Below, in pieces: positions 1 through 9,272 of a stretch of 32,000 nt of DNA. The first letter of the stretch is position 1, and every line of letters begins with the position of its first letter. The DNA lies in assembly GCF_000175255.2 (NCBI RefSeq), contig NC_017262.1, positions 960,001-992,000 on the forward strand, written 5' to 3'. Source of the stretch: Zymomonas mobilis subsp. mobilis ATCC 10988. GTDB taxonomy: Bacteria; Pseudomonadota; Alphaproteobacteria; Sphingomonadales; Sphingomonadaceae. A model generated the notes under the pieces. The model ran no database searches. It saw only the letters and a list, made by a program, of their open reading frames with translations, and was not told the origin of the DNA. Position numbers and translations under genes: made by a program.

Positions 1-752
1 CGAAATACGGAAAAGATACTTTCTTAGCGATTGAATATCTCGGCACCGATCGCTTACCGCAGCTTTTCGCCATGAAGGGCTGGTTTGATGGTTTAAACAA
101 CCGTGTCAGTTTCTTGCCGCGTTATTTGAGCGATCGGGTGATGCAATTTGCATCCACTCTGTTCCCGCATCATCTGCCTAAGCGAATGGATGATTTCCGC
201 GACCGCTATGAACATCATCTGATTTTGAAAGTGTCCGAAGAAGGAACTGAAGAAGCGCGTGTTTTTCTGAAAGACTTTTTCGAAAAAGCAAGCGGTGGTT
301 ATTTTGAATGTAGCGATGAAGAAGGGAAAAAGGCTTTTCTGCATCGTTTCGCCGCCGCTGGTGCGGCTATCCGCTATCGTGACGTTCATCAGGATGAAGT
401 CGAAGATATCGTTGCGTTGGATATTGCTTTGCCGCGTAATAACAAGGCGTGGGAAGAGCATCTCCCATCTGAAATTACTGATAAAATCAGCCATATTTTA
501 TATTATGGCCATTTCTTTTGTCAGGTATTCCATCAGGATTATATCGTCAAAAAAGGTGGAAATTGCGCTGATATCGAACATGCTATGTGGAAAATTTTGG
601 ACAGCCGTCATGCCGAATATCCAGCAGAACATAATGTCGGGCATCTCTATTACGCCAAAGACAGCCTGAAGACGCATTATCATGAATTAGACCCGACGAA
701 TTCTTTTAATCCGGGAATTGGTCATACCAGCAAGGCCGCTTATTGGAGATAG
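1..752 (+). CDS. dld: FAD-linked D-lactate dehydrogenase (Dld type), C-terminal ~250 codons; the 5' end lies outside the window
   Basis: Frame 3 is open from base 3 (KYGKDTFLAIEYLGTDRLPQLF precedes the first Met at 72) to TAG at 750-752. The motifs FLHRFAAAGAAIRY, LYYGHFFCQVFHQDYIVKKG, YPAEHNVGHLY and DPTNSFNPGIGHTSK match my recollection of the C-terminal third of E. coli Dld almost residue for residue. Confidence 0.85.
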   Translation, partial: KYGKDTFLAIEYLGTDRLPQLFAMKGWFDGLNNRVSFLPRYLSDRVMQFASTLFPHHLPKRMDDFRDRYEHHLILKVSEEGTEEARVFLKDFFEKASGGYFECSDEEGKKAFLHRFAAAGAAIRYRDVHQDEVEDIVALDIALPRNNKAWEEHLPSEITDKISHILYYGHFFCQVFHQDYIVKKGGNCADIEHAMWKILDSRHAEYPAEHNVGHLYYAKDSLKTHYHELDPTNSFNPGIGHTSKAAYWR

Positions 753-852
753 TTAAGCTGCTATAAATATTATATTTTACAAAATAATGCTTTCTGATTG
801 ATTTCGGGGAAAAAGGTTATTCCGACCTTTCTTTTCTTTTGCAGTGTTCTGT

Positions 853-889
853 CAGCCTGAAAATATCTATAATAGCTGTTTTCAGGTTG
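853..889 (+). terminator. Candidate stem-loop terminator downstream of dld
   Basis: The inverted repeat cagcctgaaaa (853-863) / ttttcaggttg (879-889) has a 15-nt loop and one G-U pair. The downstream T-run is weak (ccttttcc), so the call is tentative. Confidence 0.3.
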
Positions 890-974
890 CCTTTTCCTAA
901 CGCATGCAACCGAAAACGAGGCTTGGGGTTTAGCCTTGCAAGAATAAAAAGAAGGAAGCGAGAAAGAGAACGGT

Positions 975-1652
975 ATGCGCGTTTTAATCGTTGAGGATGA
1001 GCCGACGCTTTCCCGTCAGTTGCGAACAACTTTGGAAGGGGCTGGCTATGCTGTCGATCTGGCGACAGATGGCGAAGATGGCCATTTTCTAGGCTCGAGC
1101 GAAAATTATGATGCCGTCGTCCTTGATCTCGGTTTGCCCGAAGTCGACGGTCTCACCGTTCTTGATCGTTGGCGCAAAGAAGGCCGCGAAATGCCAGTTC
1201 TGGTTCTGACTGCGCGGGATAGCTGGTCTGATAAAGTTGCTGGTCTTGATGCCGGTGCTGATGATTATCTGACCAAGCCTTTCCAGACCGAAGAATTGAT
1301 TGCCCGTTTGCGGGCTTTGATCCGACGGGCTTCCGGTAATGCGTCTTCTGAATTGACGGCAGGTGATGTCCGGCTTGACACTCGTTCCGGCAAAGTGACT
1401 TTGGCGGGTGAGCCTGTCAAATTGACGGCGCAGGAATATAAGCTGCTTTCCTATCTGATGCATCATAAAGGCAAAGTTGTCAGTCGCACCGAAATGATCG
1501 AGCATATTTACGATCAGGATTTTGATCGTGATTCTAATACGATCGAAGTCTTTGTAACCCGTATTCGTAAGAAACTGGGGCAGGATGTTATTACGACTAT
1601 TCGCGGTTTGGGTTATGCTTTGAACGACCCAGAGGATCGGAATAACGGCTGA
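975..1652 (+). CDS. OmpR/PhoB-family two-component response regulator
   Basis: The ATG at 975 follows the purine-rich gaaagagaacgg. Receiver motifs are present (VEDEP, DAVVLDLGLPEVDG, LVLTAR, TKPF). The winged-helix output domain shows LTAQEYKLLSYLMHH, IEVFVTRIRKKL and IRGLGY. Confidence 0.9.
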   Translation: MRVLIVEDEPTLSRQLRTTLEGAGYAVDLATDGEDGHFLGSSENYDAVVLDLGLPEVDGLTVLDRWRKEGREMPVLVLTARDSWSDKVAGLDAGADDYLTKPFQTEELIARLRALIRRASGNASSELTAGDVRLDTRSGKVTLAGEPVKLTAQEYKLLSYLMHHKGKVVSRTEMIEHIYDQDFDRDSNTIEVFVTRIRKKLGQDVITTIRGLGYALNDPEDRNNG

Positions 1653-1654
1653 TT

Positions 1655-3112
1655 ATGGCTTCCGCTTCTTCCCCTAGCGGTGGCCGAAAGTGTTTTTTTA
1701 GTCGTTTCTTTCGCCGGAAAAAAATCGAAAAAAGCGGAAATCTGGTCGGAGAAAATAATAGTCAGGAGCCGGTAATACGTCCTACCGGTTCTTTGACCCG
1801 CCGGTTAATTGCTATTTCGGCTTTGTGGATATTTATCCTGCTATCGGGCGGCGGCGTAACCTTGGATCGGGTGCTGACCCAAGCCGTCACCGATAATTTT
1901 GACAGCCAGCTTGATTATGTTTTGGCGGCGATGATCGCTTCTTCTGAAATTGATCCCGAAGGGGCGGTTCGACTGAATCGGCCTTTGGGTGACCAGCGTT
2001 TTTTGGAAGCCCATAGCGGCCTTTATTTTCAGGTTAGCGGTAGCGGATATGAAAGATTTCCGTCCCCTTCACTTTGGGATCGCTCGCTACAAGTCAATCC
2101 GATGCCTAAAGGGCAATTGGTGCGGACATATGATAGCGACGAATTTTCTGATGGCACTTTGCGAGTGATGGAACGGGATGTCCGCTTACCCGGTTCGTCT
2201 GTTTTATGGCGATTCCAAGTCGCTGAAATTCGCACTTCTTTAGACAATCAGATTAAAAAATTACGCCATACCCTTGTGAAAGCCTTTTTGATTTTAGGCA
2301 CGGGGTTGATTGTTATTACCGTTTTACAGGTGACGATCGGATTATGGCCGCTGCGGAAATTAAGGCGCGAGATTAGTGCTGTCCGTAATGGTCAGGCTTC
2401 ACGTATTCATGACCGGATGCCGAATGAAGTCGCCCCTTTGATTGAAGAATTGAACGCTTTGTTGTCTCATAACGAGCGGCAAGCCGAAGAGGCTAGGCGA
2501 CATGCTGGTAATCTGGCTCATGCCTTGAAAACGCCGTTAACGGTTGTGACTAATGAGGCGAATGCCAATAGCGATGCCTTGAAAGAAGTTGTTTTGCGGG
2601 AGGTGATGACCATGCGGCGGCATGTCGATCATCATTTGGCGCGAGCGCGGGCTATCGGACGGCGGGGTAATGCCCAAAGCCAAGCAGAGGTATGGCCTGC
2701 TTTACTGGCGGTAGAACGCGCGGTTACTCGGCTTTATCCTCATGCAACGATTGATCTTGCAGGAGTTAAGGACGCTGTTGTCAGAATAGAAAGACAAGAT
2801 CTGGACGAGATTTTGGGAAATCTTATAGAAAATGCTGCTAAATATGGTCAGGGACGCGTTTTTGTTACGGTAGAAAAACAGGGTAAGTCGGTTGAAATCC
2901 TGATTGAAGATGATGGCACGGGTATTCCTGAAAATCTCCGTGGGCAGTTGTTTAAACGCGGGGCGCGTTTGGATACAGATAAACCCGGGACTGGGTTGGG
3001 GTTGGCAATTGTTCGCGATGTGGTCGAAATTTATGGCGGCAGTGTTACTTTGGAAGAAAGTGAAGATTTAGGTGGCCTGTTTGTCCGTCTGGCATTGCCA
3101 TCAGTACATTAA
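1655..3112 (+). CDS. Membrane sensor histidine kinase, partner of the upstream regulator
   Basis: It starts 3 nt after the regulator stop. Two hydrophobic segments (LIAISALWIFILLSGGGV and AFLILGTGLIVITVLQV) flank a ~150-aa putative periplasmic region. The H-box is HAGNLAHALKTPL, the N-box is LGNLIENAAKY, and the G-boxes are EDDGTGIP and GTGLGLAIV. Confidence 0.9.
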   Translation: MASASSPSGGRKCFFSRFFRRKKIEKSGNLVGENNSQEPVIRPTGSLTRRLIAISALWIFILLSGGGVTLDRVLTQAVTDNFDSQLDYVLAAMIASSEIDPEGAVRLNRPLGDQRFLEAHSGLYFQVSGSGYERFPSPSLWDRSLQVNPMPKGQLVRTYDSDEFSDGTLRVMERDVRLPGSSVLWRFQVAEIRTSLDNQIKKLRHTLVKAFLILGTGLIVITVLQVTIGLWPLRKLRREISAVRNGQASRIHDRMPNEVAPLIEELNALLSHNERQAEEARRHAGNLAHALKTPLTVVTNEANANSDALKEVVLREVMTMRRHVDHHLARARAIGRRGNAQSQAEVWPALLAVERAVTRLYPHATIDLAGVKDAVVRIERQDLDEILGNLIENAAKYGQGRVFVTVEKQGKSVEILIEDDGTGIPENLRGQLFKRGARLDTDKPGTGLGLAIVRDVVEIYGGSVTLEESEDLGGLFVRLALPSVH

Positions 3113-3305
3113 ATTCACGATTTGATGGGATCCGCATAAAGGGTTTTGCATAGCCCTGCTATTTGTCTGTTCTGATAGACAAAGTATTATTTTGAAACGG
3201 TATCTTTCTGCTCTCTTGGTTTTTCTGTGGCGTTAAGGTGCTTTAGCTTGGGGTAGTGTCAAGACATAGATTTTTGATATTGTTTTCTATCCCTTTGGCG
3301 GGATC

Positions 3306-3974
3306 TTGTTGGGGAGAAAAAGGCTGTCCGATTTCGGGAATGCAAGGCTGGCGTGTCATGACGTGAGTTGTTTGAGAGGCGACCGCTTACTGTTTACCCA
3401 TTTGTCTTTTGAAGTGAAGGCTGGGGAGGCCGTTTTAATAACGGGGGCAAATGGTATTGGTAAAAGCAGCCTTTTGCGTCTGTTGGCGGGTTTTCTGAAA
3501 CCTTTTTCGGGTCATGTTAAAAAATGGGGTCGGGTGGCTTTTGCGGATGAGGCTTTGGCAATGGATCGGCATTTGCCTTTAGAAAAAGCCTTGGCTTATT
3601 GGGCGGCTTTAGATGGTGTTTTGGGCGCTGAAAAAGAAGCAATGGCGGTGATGGCTCTTGATAGATTGGCGGATTCACCTGTCCGTTTGCTCTCCACTGG
3701 GCAGCGTAAAAGAGCTGTGTTGGCGCGTTTGTTGGCAAGCCAGGCTGCTATCTGGTTGTTGGATGAACCGGCAAACGGGCTTGATGCGGCTTCTGTTAGG
3801 GCTTTGATCGAAATGATAGAGCACCATCGCCAAAAGGGCGGGATTATTTTGGCTGTTAGTCATCAAGGGCTTGATATGGCTGATTATAAAACCTTGTCTT
3901 TAGAAAATTTCGTAGCGAATTCTGGCCAGTCATCAGGTTTCTTTGACCTTTTGGATGAAAGTCATTTCTCTTGA
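3306..3974 (+). CDS. ccmA: Heme exporter ATP-binding protein CcmA (cytochrome c maturation ABC ATPase)
   Basis: Walker A is GANGIGKSS, the ABC signature is LSTGQRKR, and Walker B is IWLLDEP. The size is ~220 aa and the gene overlaps a ccmB-like permease. The start is uncertain: TTG at 3306 or 3309, with no in-frame ATG upstream of the conserved N-terminus. Confidence 0.8.
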   Translation: MLGRKRLSDFGNARLACHDVSCLRGDRLLFTHLSFEVKAGEAVLITGANGIGKSSLLRLLAGFLKPFSGHVKKWGRVAFADEALAMDRHLPLEKALAYWAALDGVLGAEKEAMAVMALDRLADSPVRLLSTGQRKRAVLARLLASQAAIWLLDEPANGLDAASVRALIEMIEHHRQKGGIILAVSHQGLDMADYKTLSLENFVANSGQSSGFFDLLDESHFS

Positions 3975-4618
3975 TCCGGCTTGTTTTATTAATTCGTCGG
4001 GATTGCTCAATTTTGATCGGGGCAGGGGTATTTCTACCTGTCTTGTTTTTTTTATTGGTTGCCGTTCTATACCCTTTCGCGGTGGGCAGTGATCCCATAA
4101 TTTTATCGCGTACTGGTAGCGGAATATTATGGGTTGCCGCTCTGTTAGCTTCTTTGTTACCCATTGACCGTTTGATTATTCCCGATGTCGAAAATGGCTT
4201 TTTCGATCATTATGCGGTGCGCGGGATTAGCGAAGAATGGATAGCTGTGGCGCGTATTATCGCCCATTGGGTGAGTTTTGCTGTCCCTTTAATGGTGGCG
4301 TTGTTACCCGCCTCGGCTTTGCTATCTTTGGATTGGTCTGTTTTCTGGAAATTGGAAGCCGGATTTTTATTGGCTACTCCTGGACTGGCCTCTTTGGGGG
4401 TTATGATTGCCGCTTTGACGGCAAGGATAAAGTCCGGAAGTGGGTTGGCTGCTTTACTTTTATTGCCTTTGGCCGTGCCGCTCCTCATCTTTGGCGCGGG
4501 GGCTGTTGATGGTCATCAGCCTGGGGCCTTCCTATTATTGGCGGCTTGTTCGTTGTTTTTGCTTGCTGTCGCGCCTTTTGTCATCGGTGCCGCTTTGCGC
4601 ATCGGACAAGATGGGTAA
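3971..4618 (+). CDS. ccmB: Heme exporter permease CcmB
   Basis: The TTG start overlaps the ccmA stop (tTTGA). The product is a 215-aa polytopic membrane protein with a CcmB-like N-terminus (LIRRDCSIL, LFFLLVAVLYPFAVG, GILWVAALLASLLPIDRL). Its position directly after ccmA supports the call. Confidence 0.8.
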   Translation: MIRLVLLIRRDCSILIGAGVFLPVLFFLLVAVLYPFAVGSDPIILSRTGSGILWVAALLASLLPIDRLIIPDVENGFFDHYAVRGISEEWIAVARIIAHWVSFAVPLMVALLPASALLSLDWSVFWKLEAGFLLATPGLASLGVMIAALTARIKSGSGLAALLLLPLAVPLLIFGAGAVDGHQPGAFLLLAACSLFLLAVAPFVIGAALRIGQDG

Positions 4619-5522
4619 AAGGCTTACTGTATCGATTTAAGGCAGGCTTTGTGGTTGATAAAATCGAGATAGAGGTCAGCTTTTTCGAGGATGGATGCTC
4701 CGATAGTCATCGTAGGACGCCGTCTAGTATCTTTGAGGACTAATTTTTGTCTTTTTCTATAATTGATCCCATCAATAGATAAATCTGATTCCACGATATA
4801 GGCTGGATCAGTTATTTTATCTTTAGTAATGTCGGTGAATTCATCAATAATTTTCTTTTGTTTTTCAAATAATATTTGTTCTTCTGGCGTAAATTCAGAT
4901 TTGAACTGTAGTAAGTTAAAATCGGTGTTTTCTTCAGAAAGATCTATGGCAACTAGATCGGTTCTACCTTGCCATGTAATGGGGTATTTGAGTGCTTGGT
5001 AATCTCCTTCAAATGTACTTCCAAGATGAATGTCCTGTTGACAGTTACAGTTGATATTTTTGCCAAAGGTCATCTGCTGTTTATTTATTTTGATTTTACC
5101 CAGTTTTTGAAGAACCATCAGCCCCAAATAGGCTTTTTTTGTAGTAGTAAAGAGAACGGGAACGTTTTTTAAAACGGCTGTTCCGATTTTGAGTTCATCA
5201 ACAATACCGAGATCGCCACTAAAAATTTCAGCAGTCCCATTATCTGCATAGTTGATATGTCCAACAATATGGACATGGGGCGAATCTTTTAACTCTATGG
5301 GTAATTTACTAATCGCGGATTCCGTATCCAGAAGAAGAATCGTCTTTTTGCCATTTAAAGAGGCGTTAATATAAGGAATCTTCCAGGTTCTGTTCTTATT
5401 TATATCTTGATATTTTATCGGTAATGATTGTTTATGATCTATTCCGGTAACCGTAAAAGCGGGTATTAAAGAGGGAAATACAGTTAGACTTCCCATTTTT
5501 GTTGCTGAAAGGGAAAAATTTT

Positions 5523-6301
5523 CTAGGTTTTGTTGACAAAGGAAGGTAACCACAATTTTACGGCCGCGAGATGAAGGAAGGCGAGAAAAGATTTTCTGGT
5601 TTTGTCATAGCGTGTGGCAATGCGCCTGAACTGCTTTAGCTTATTAAACATCCGCTCAATACGATTACGATCTTTGTAGTGCTGGAGATTATAAGGAATA
5701 GGCTTTTTTCGATTGGAACGAGGCGGGATAACAGGAAGGATGCCTCGAAAAAGCAGTTTTTCGCGTAACCTATCGCTATCATATCCTTTATCAGCGAGAA
5801 AACAGTGGGGTGTTGTGACAGGGATATCTATCAAGCTATCAGCGCCAGAATAATCAGAGACCTCACCACCGGTTAGTGCGAAAGCTAGAGGGCGGCCTTG
5901 ACCATCGGAACGGGCGTGGATCTTGCTCGTAAAGCCTCCGCGACTGCGACCAAAGCCTTCCTTATACGTCCCCCTTTTGCGCCAGCCGCTTGGCTGTGGG
6001 CGCGAATAATCGTACTATCTATCATATGTTGCCAGTCATCTGTCAGGCCAAGGTCAACGAGAGTTTCAAGAAGAGCGTCCCACACACCCTGTTCTGCCCA
6101 CCTACGAAACCGAACATAGATCGAATTCCATTTCCCATAACGTTCATGCATATCTCGCCACGGGCAGCCTGTTCGAAGCACATAAAGCATACCATTGAGA
6201 AATAACCGATTACTTTTGGCGGGACGCGCGCAGCGGCCTCGTTCGCTTGGAAGAAGACCCTGTATTATCTCCCACTCCGCGTCCGTCAGATCTCCTCGCA
6301 T
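5523..6301 (-). CDS. IS5-family DDE transposase (OrfA 138 aa plus an overlapping OrfB frame; probable -1 frameshift)
   Basis: OrfA contains LTDAEWEIIQGLLP and RTGCPWRDMHERYG. The OrfB frame reads GRSRGGFTSKIHARSDGQGRPLAFALTGGEVSD, then LADKGYDSDRLR, then YKDRNRIERMFNKLKQFRRIATRYDK. The frames overlap at A-AAA-GGG (complement of 5972-5978). The stop TAG (5523-5525) lies just outside the IS end. Confidence 0.85.
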
Positions 6302-6374
6302 CCTATCTACCCTACAAAACTTGTTCTCAAGTTATCTCTAAAAATCTTAAATTATACCCTTTGTCAACAGAACC
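5526..6374 (-). mobile_element. IS5-family insertion sequence (IS427-group-like), copy A, 849 bp
   Basis: The terminal inverted repeats are GGTTTTGTTGACAAAGG (5526-) and GGTTCTGTTGACAAAGG (complement of 6358-6374). A 2-bp TA duplication lies in a CTAG target (tcTA|IS|TAgt). The element differs from copy B at only the few positions I compared. Confidence 0.9.
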
Positions 6375-6884
6375 TAGTCCCTTGAATTTTCGGATGACAG
6401 GATAATAAGTATTGTTGATGTTGTTGAGTTTTTCACCCCAAGCGGGAAGATTACCTTCCAAAAAATAATTACCAGCAGAAATCTGGTCGCAGGTCATCAC
6501 CACATTATTAATCGGAGGAAGTAGAGTAGGCGTGTTTGGGTCTTGGAAGAAGGTTTTTTTACATATTGCTAATTGTCGATTGACCTCTTCATAATTGCCT
6601 TTGACGAGCAACGCTTCAATTTTTGTAAATTTTTTGACGGTATTTGTTGTTTCTGGCTCATTAGCAATCTTTTCAATAAGGAGACTGTCTCCTTCGAAAA
6701 GGGCATCTACAAGCCTTTTATTCCCAGGGTTGAGCTCTACACCCTTTTGTTGTTCTTCTGCTGTTGTATTCCTTAGAAATTCGATTAATCTTTCAGAAAT
6801 GAGAGGCTTGTCAGCTTTCAATGGCGGCAGGAAAAAGCTGTTTAGAAGAAGGGGGTAGAGAAGAAATCGATATTTTTTAGGCAT

Positions 6885-6938
6885 GATAGGCTTCCGATAA
6901 AACAAGTTGTGATGACGCTCTTCCCCCTTCTTTGATAC
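6885..6938 (-). repeat. Conserved 54-bp inter-unit spacer (unit 7 stop to unit 8 start)
   Basis: On the coding strand it reads GTATCAAAGAAGGGGGAAGAGCGTCATCACAACTTGTTTTATCGGAAGCCTATC followed by ATG. It has the same length and about 90 percent of the same bases as the five other spacers. Confidence 0.9.
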
Positions 6939-8362
6939 TTACTGCGGTATGGGCTGTGCGTCCGAGTTGTTAGGCTTGAGGCAGGCTTTGTGATTGATAA
7001 AGTCGAGATAGAGATCAGCTTTTTCGAGGATAGATAATCCGATGATTGTGGCTAATCGAGATCGACTATCTTCTATAACTATTTCTTTTTTTTGCCCATA
7101 ATCCATATTATCCACGAACAAATTGCCTTTATTTGAAATAAACTGAAAACTTCAATTCTTTGTTATTTGGGTCTGGTCTTTCTTCGAAAGATTGTTCTTT
7201 CTCTTGTGGCGTAAATTCTGACTTATAAGTTGTTAAATTATAAACGGTATCATCTTGAGTGAAGTCAACTACCACTAAACGCGTGTGCCCCTGCCATGTA
7301 ATTGGATATTGGACCGATTGGAAATCGCCCCCCAATGCGCTGCCAAGGTGAATATCTTGCTGACAGTTACAATTGATATCCTTGCCAAAGGTCATCTGCT
7401 GTTTATTTATTTTGATTTTACCTAGTTTTTGTAAAATCATGAGTCCCAGATAGGCCTGATTGACATTGGTAAAAAGGAAGGGAACGTTTTTTAAAACGGC
7501 TTTTTCGATTTTGATTTCATCGACAATGCCAATGTCACCACTAAAAAATTCAGAAGCTCCATTCTTTGCCCGATCGAGATGCCCGACGATATGAACATGG
7601 GGAGAATGACGCCATTCTTCTGGCAATTTGCCAATGGCGGCACTGGTTTCCAAAAAGAAAGGAATGTTCTTTCCGTTTAGGGATGCGGTTATGTGGGGAA
7701 CGTAGTTAGCACTCCGCCTATGTTCTTCGTCTATAGCAACATCAAATTGCAGTTGAATGCGTTGCTGGTGATCTATCCCAGTAACCTTGAAGGGGGGTAT
7801 CGAATTCGGAGAGACCGACAATCTACCCATTTCGGCATCCGTAAGAGAGAATTCTTCTAATCCTGAAATTTTTCGGATGGGTGGATAATAGACATTTCTA
7901 ACAAAATTAAGACTTTTACCCCAATCTTTCAGATTACCATCCAAAAAGTAATTACCGACCAATGTTTGTTTGCATATTATCCCTACGCCACTGATGGGTG
8001 GAAATGGGTTGGGGGCATCGGGTTTTTGAAAGAAAGTCTTATCACAGATATCAAGTAATTTATTGGCATTTTGATAATCACCTTTAATGCGAAACTTGTT
8101 TATTTCAGCATATTTTTGGACAAGGTGACTGTTGCTTAGATCTTTAGCGACTTTGTCAATAAGCAGGTCGTCTCCCTCAGATAACCCTTTTCGCATTTCA
8201 TTACCGCCTGATCGCAATTCGATACCGTTTTTTAAATCTTCAGGCGTTTTTTGCTTAAGAAGTTCAATCAGTTTTGGTGAAACAAGGGGCTTGTCCGCTT
8301 TTAATGGTGGCAGGAAAAAGCTGTTTAGAAGAAGGGGATAGAGCAAAAATCGGTATTTCTTA
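6939..8362 (-). pseudogene. Array unit 7, inactivated by an IS insertion after codon 2 and by a 1-nt frameshift near the 3' end
   Basis: The start codon and second codon remain at 9212-9218 on the far side of IS copy B (ATGCC-TA|IS|TA-AGAAATACCG). The body is colinear with units 4-6. The reading frame stops at 7129 (KFSVYFK*) and resumes in another frame (NLFVDNMDYGQKK through ADLYLDFINHKACLKPNNSDAQPIPQ, ending at 6939). The length without IS and TSD is 1429 nt, one more than the 1428 nt of intact units. Confidence 0.85.
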
Positions 8363-9211
8363 GGTTCTGTTGACAAAGGGTATAATTTAAGATTTTTAGA
8401 GATAACTTGAGAACAAGTTTTGTAGGGTAGATAGGATGCGAGGAGATCTGACGGACGCGGAGTGGGAGATAATACAGGGTCTTCTTCCAAGCGAACGAGG
8501 CCGCTGCGCGCGTCCCGCCAAAAGTAATCGGTTATTTCTCAATGGTATGCTTTATGTGCTTCGAACAGGCTGCCCGTGGCGAGATATGCATGAACGTTAT
8601 GGGAAATGGAATTCGGTCTATGTTCGGTTTCGTAGGTGGGCAGAACAGGGTGTGTGGGACGCTCTTCTTGAAACTCTCGTTGACCTTGGCCTGACAGATG
8701 ACTGGCAACATATGATAGATAGTACGATTATTCGCGCCCACAGCCAAGCGGCTGGCGCAAAAGGGGGACGTATAAGGAAGGCTTTGGTCGCAGTCGCGGA
8801 GGCTTTACGAGCAAGATCCACGCCCGTTCCGATGGTCAAGGCCGCCCTCTAGCTTTCGCACTAACCGGTGGTGAGGTCTCTGATTATTCTGGCGCTGATA
8901 GCTTGATAGATATCCCTGTCACAACACCCCACTGTTTTCTCGCTGATAAAGGATATGATAGCGATAGGTTACGCGAAAAACTGCTTTTTCGAGGCATTCT
9001 TCCTGTTATCCCGCCTCGTTCCAATCGAAAAAAGCCTATTCCTTATAATCTCCAGCACTACAAAGATCGTAATCGTATTGAGCGGATGTTTAATAAGCTA
9101 AAGCAGTTCAGGCGCATTGCCACACGCTATGACAAAACCAGAAAATCTTTTCTCGCCTTCCTTCATCTCGCGGCCGTAAAATTGTGGTTACCTTCCTTTG
9201 TCAACAAAACC
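8363..9211 (+). mobile_element. IS5-family insertion sequence, copy B, 849 bp, inverted relative to copy A
   Basis: It has the same inverted repeats as copy A. The TA duplication sits in a CTAG-like site (ttcTTA|IS|TAGgcatg). I noticed only two differences from copy A: I/V in WNS(I/V)YVRF and a silent atc/att change. Confidence 0.9.
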
Positions 9212-9214
9212 TAG
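8436..9214 (+). CDS. IS5-family DDE transposase (OrfA plus OrfB; probable -1 frameshift at A-AAA-GGG, 8759-8765)
   Basis: The frame arithmetic was checked. OrfA codons run gca-aaa-ggg. The OrfB frame, defined by the TAG at 9212-9214, starts codons at 8759, which is a -1 offset. OrfB carries the DDE-region motifs listed for copy A. Confidence 0.85.
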
Positions 9215-9218
9215 GCAT

Positions 9219-9272
9219 GACAGGCTTTCAATAAAACAAGTTGTGATGACGCTCTTCCCCCTTCTTTGATAT
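9219..9272 (-). repeat. Conserved 54-bp inter-unit spacer (unit 6 stop to unit 7 start)
   Basis: On the plus strand it reads gacaggctttcaataaaacaagttgtgatgacgctcttcccccttctttgatat. Confidence 0.9.

Larger units (their letters stand above)
4624..6884 (-). pseudogene. Array unit 8 (last unit), split by an IS insertion; signal peptide / TPR-like / retropepsin-like paralog
   Basis: The N-terminal half (6375-6884) runs from MPKKYRFLLYPLLLNSFFLPPLKADKPL to YYPVIRKFKGL. The C-terminal half (4624-5525) runs from ENFSLSATKMGSLTV to ADLYLDFINHKACLKSIQ. Removing the IS plus one TA restores KFKGLENFSL, which is colinear with KFKGLEKFSL of unit 4. The restored length would be 1410 nt. The last ~10 codons differ from the family consensus, which marks the array boundary 5 nt from the ccmB stop. 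Confidence 0.85.

Noticed and set aside
817-1029. A minus-strand ORF of 70 aa lies in the dld / response-regulator intergenic region.
   Set aside because: It overlaps the regulator's start and the candidate dld terminator. Its Arg/Lys-rich composition is consistent with random translation, and it has no motif support.
5526-9211. I considered whether the two IS copies form a composite transposon carrying 6375-8362.
   Set aside because: Each copy has its own TA duplication. The enclosed DNA is colinear with the surrounding array (unit 8 N-half and unit 7 body). The copies are therefore two independent insertions into pre-existing genes, not a mobilised cargo.
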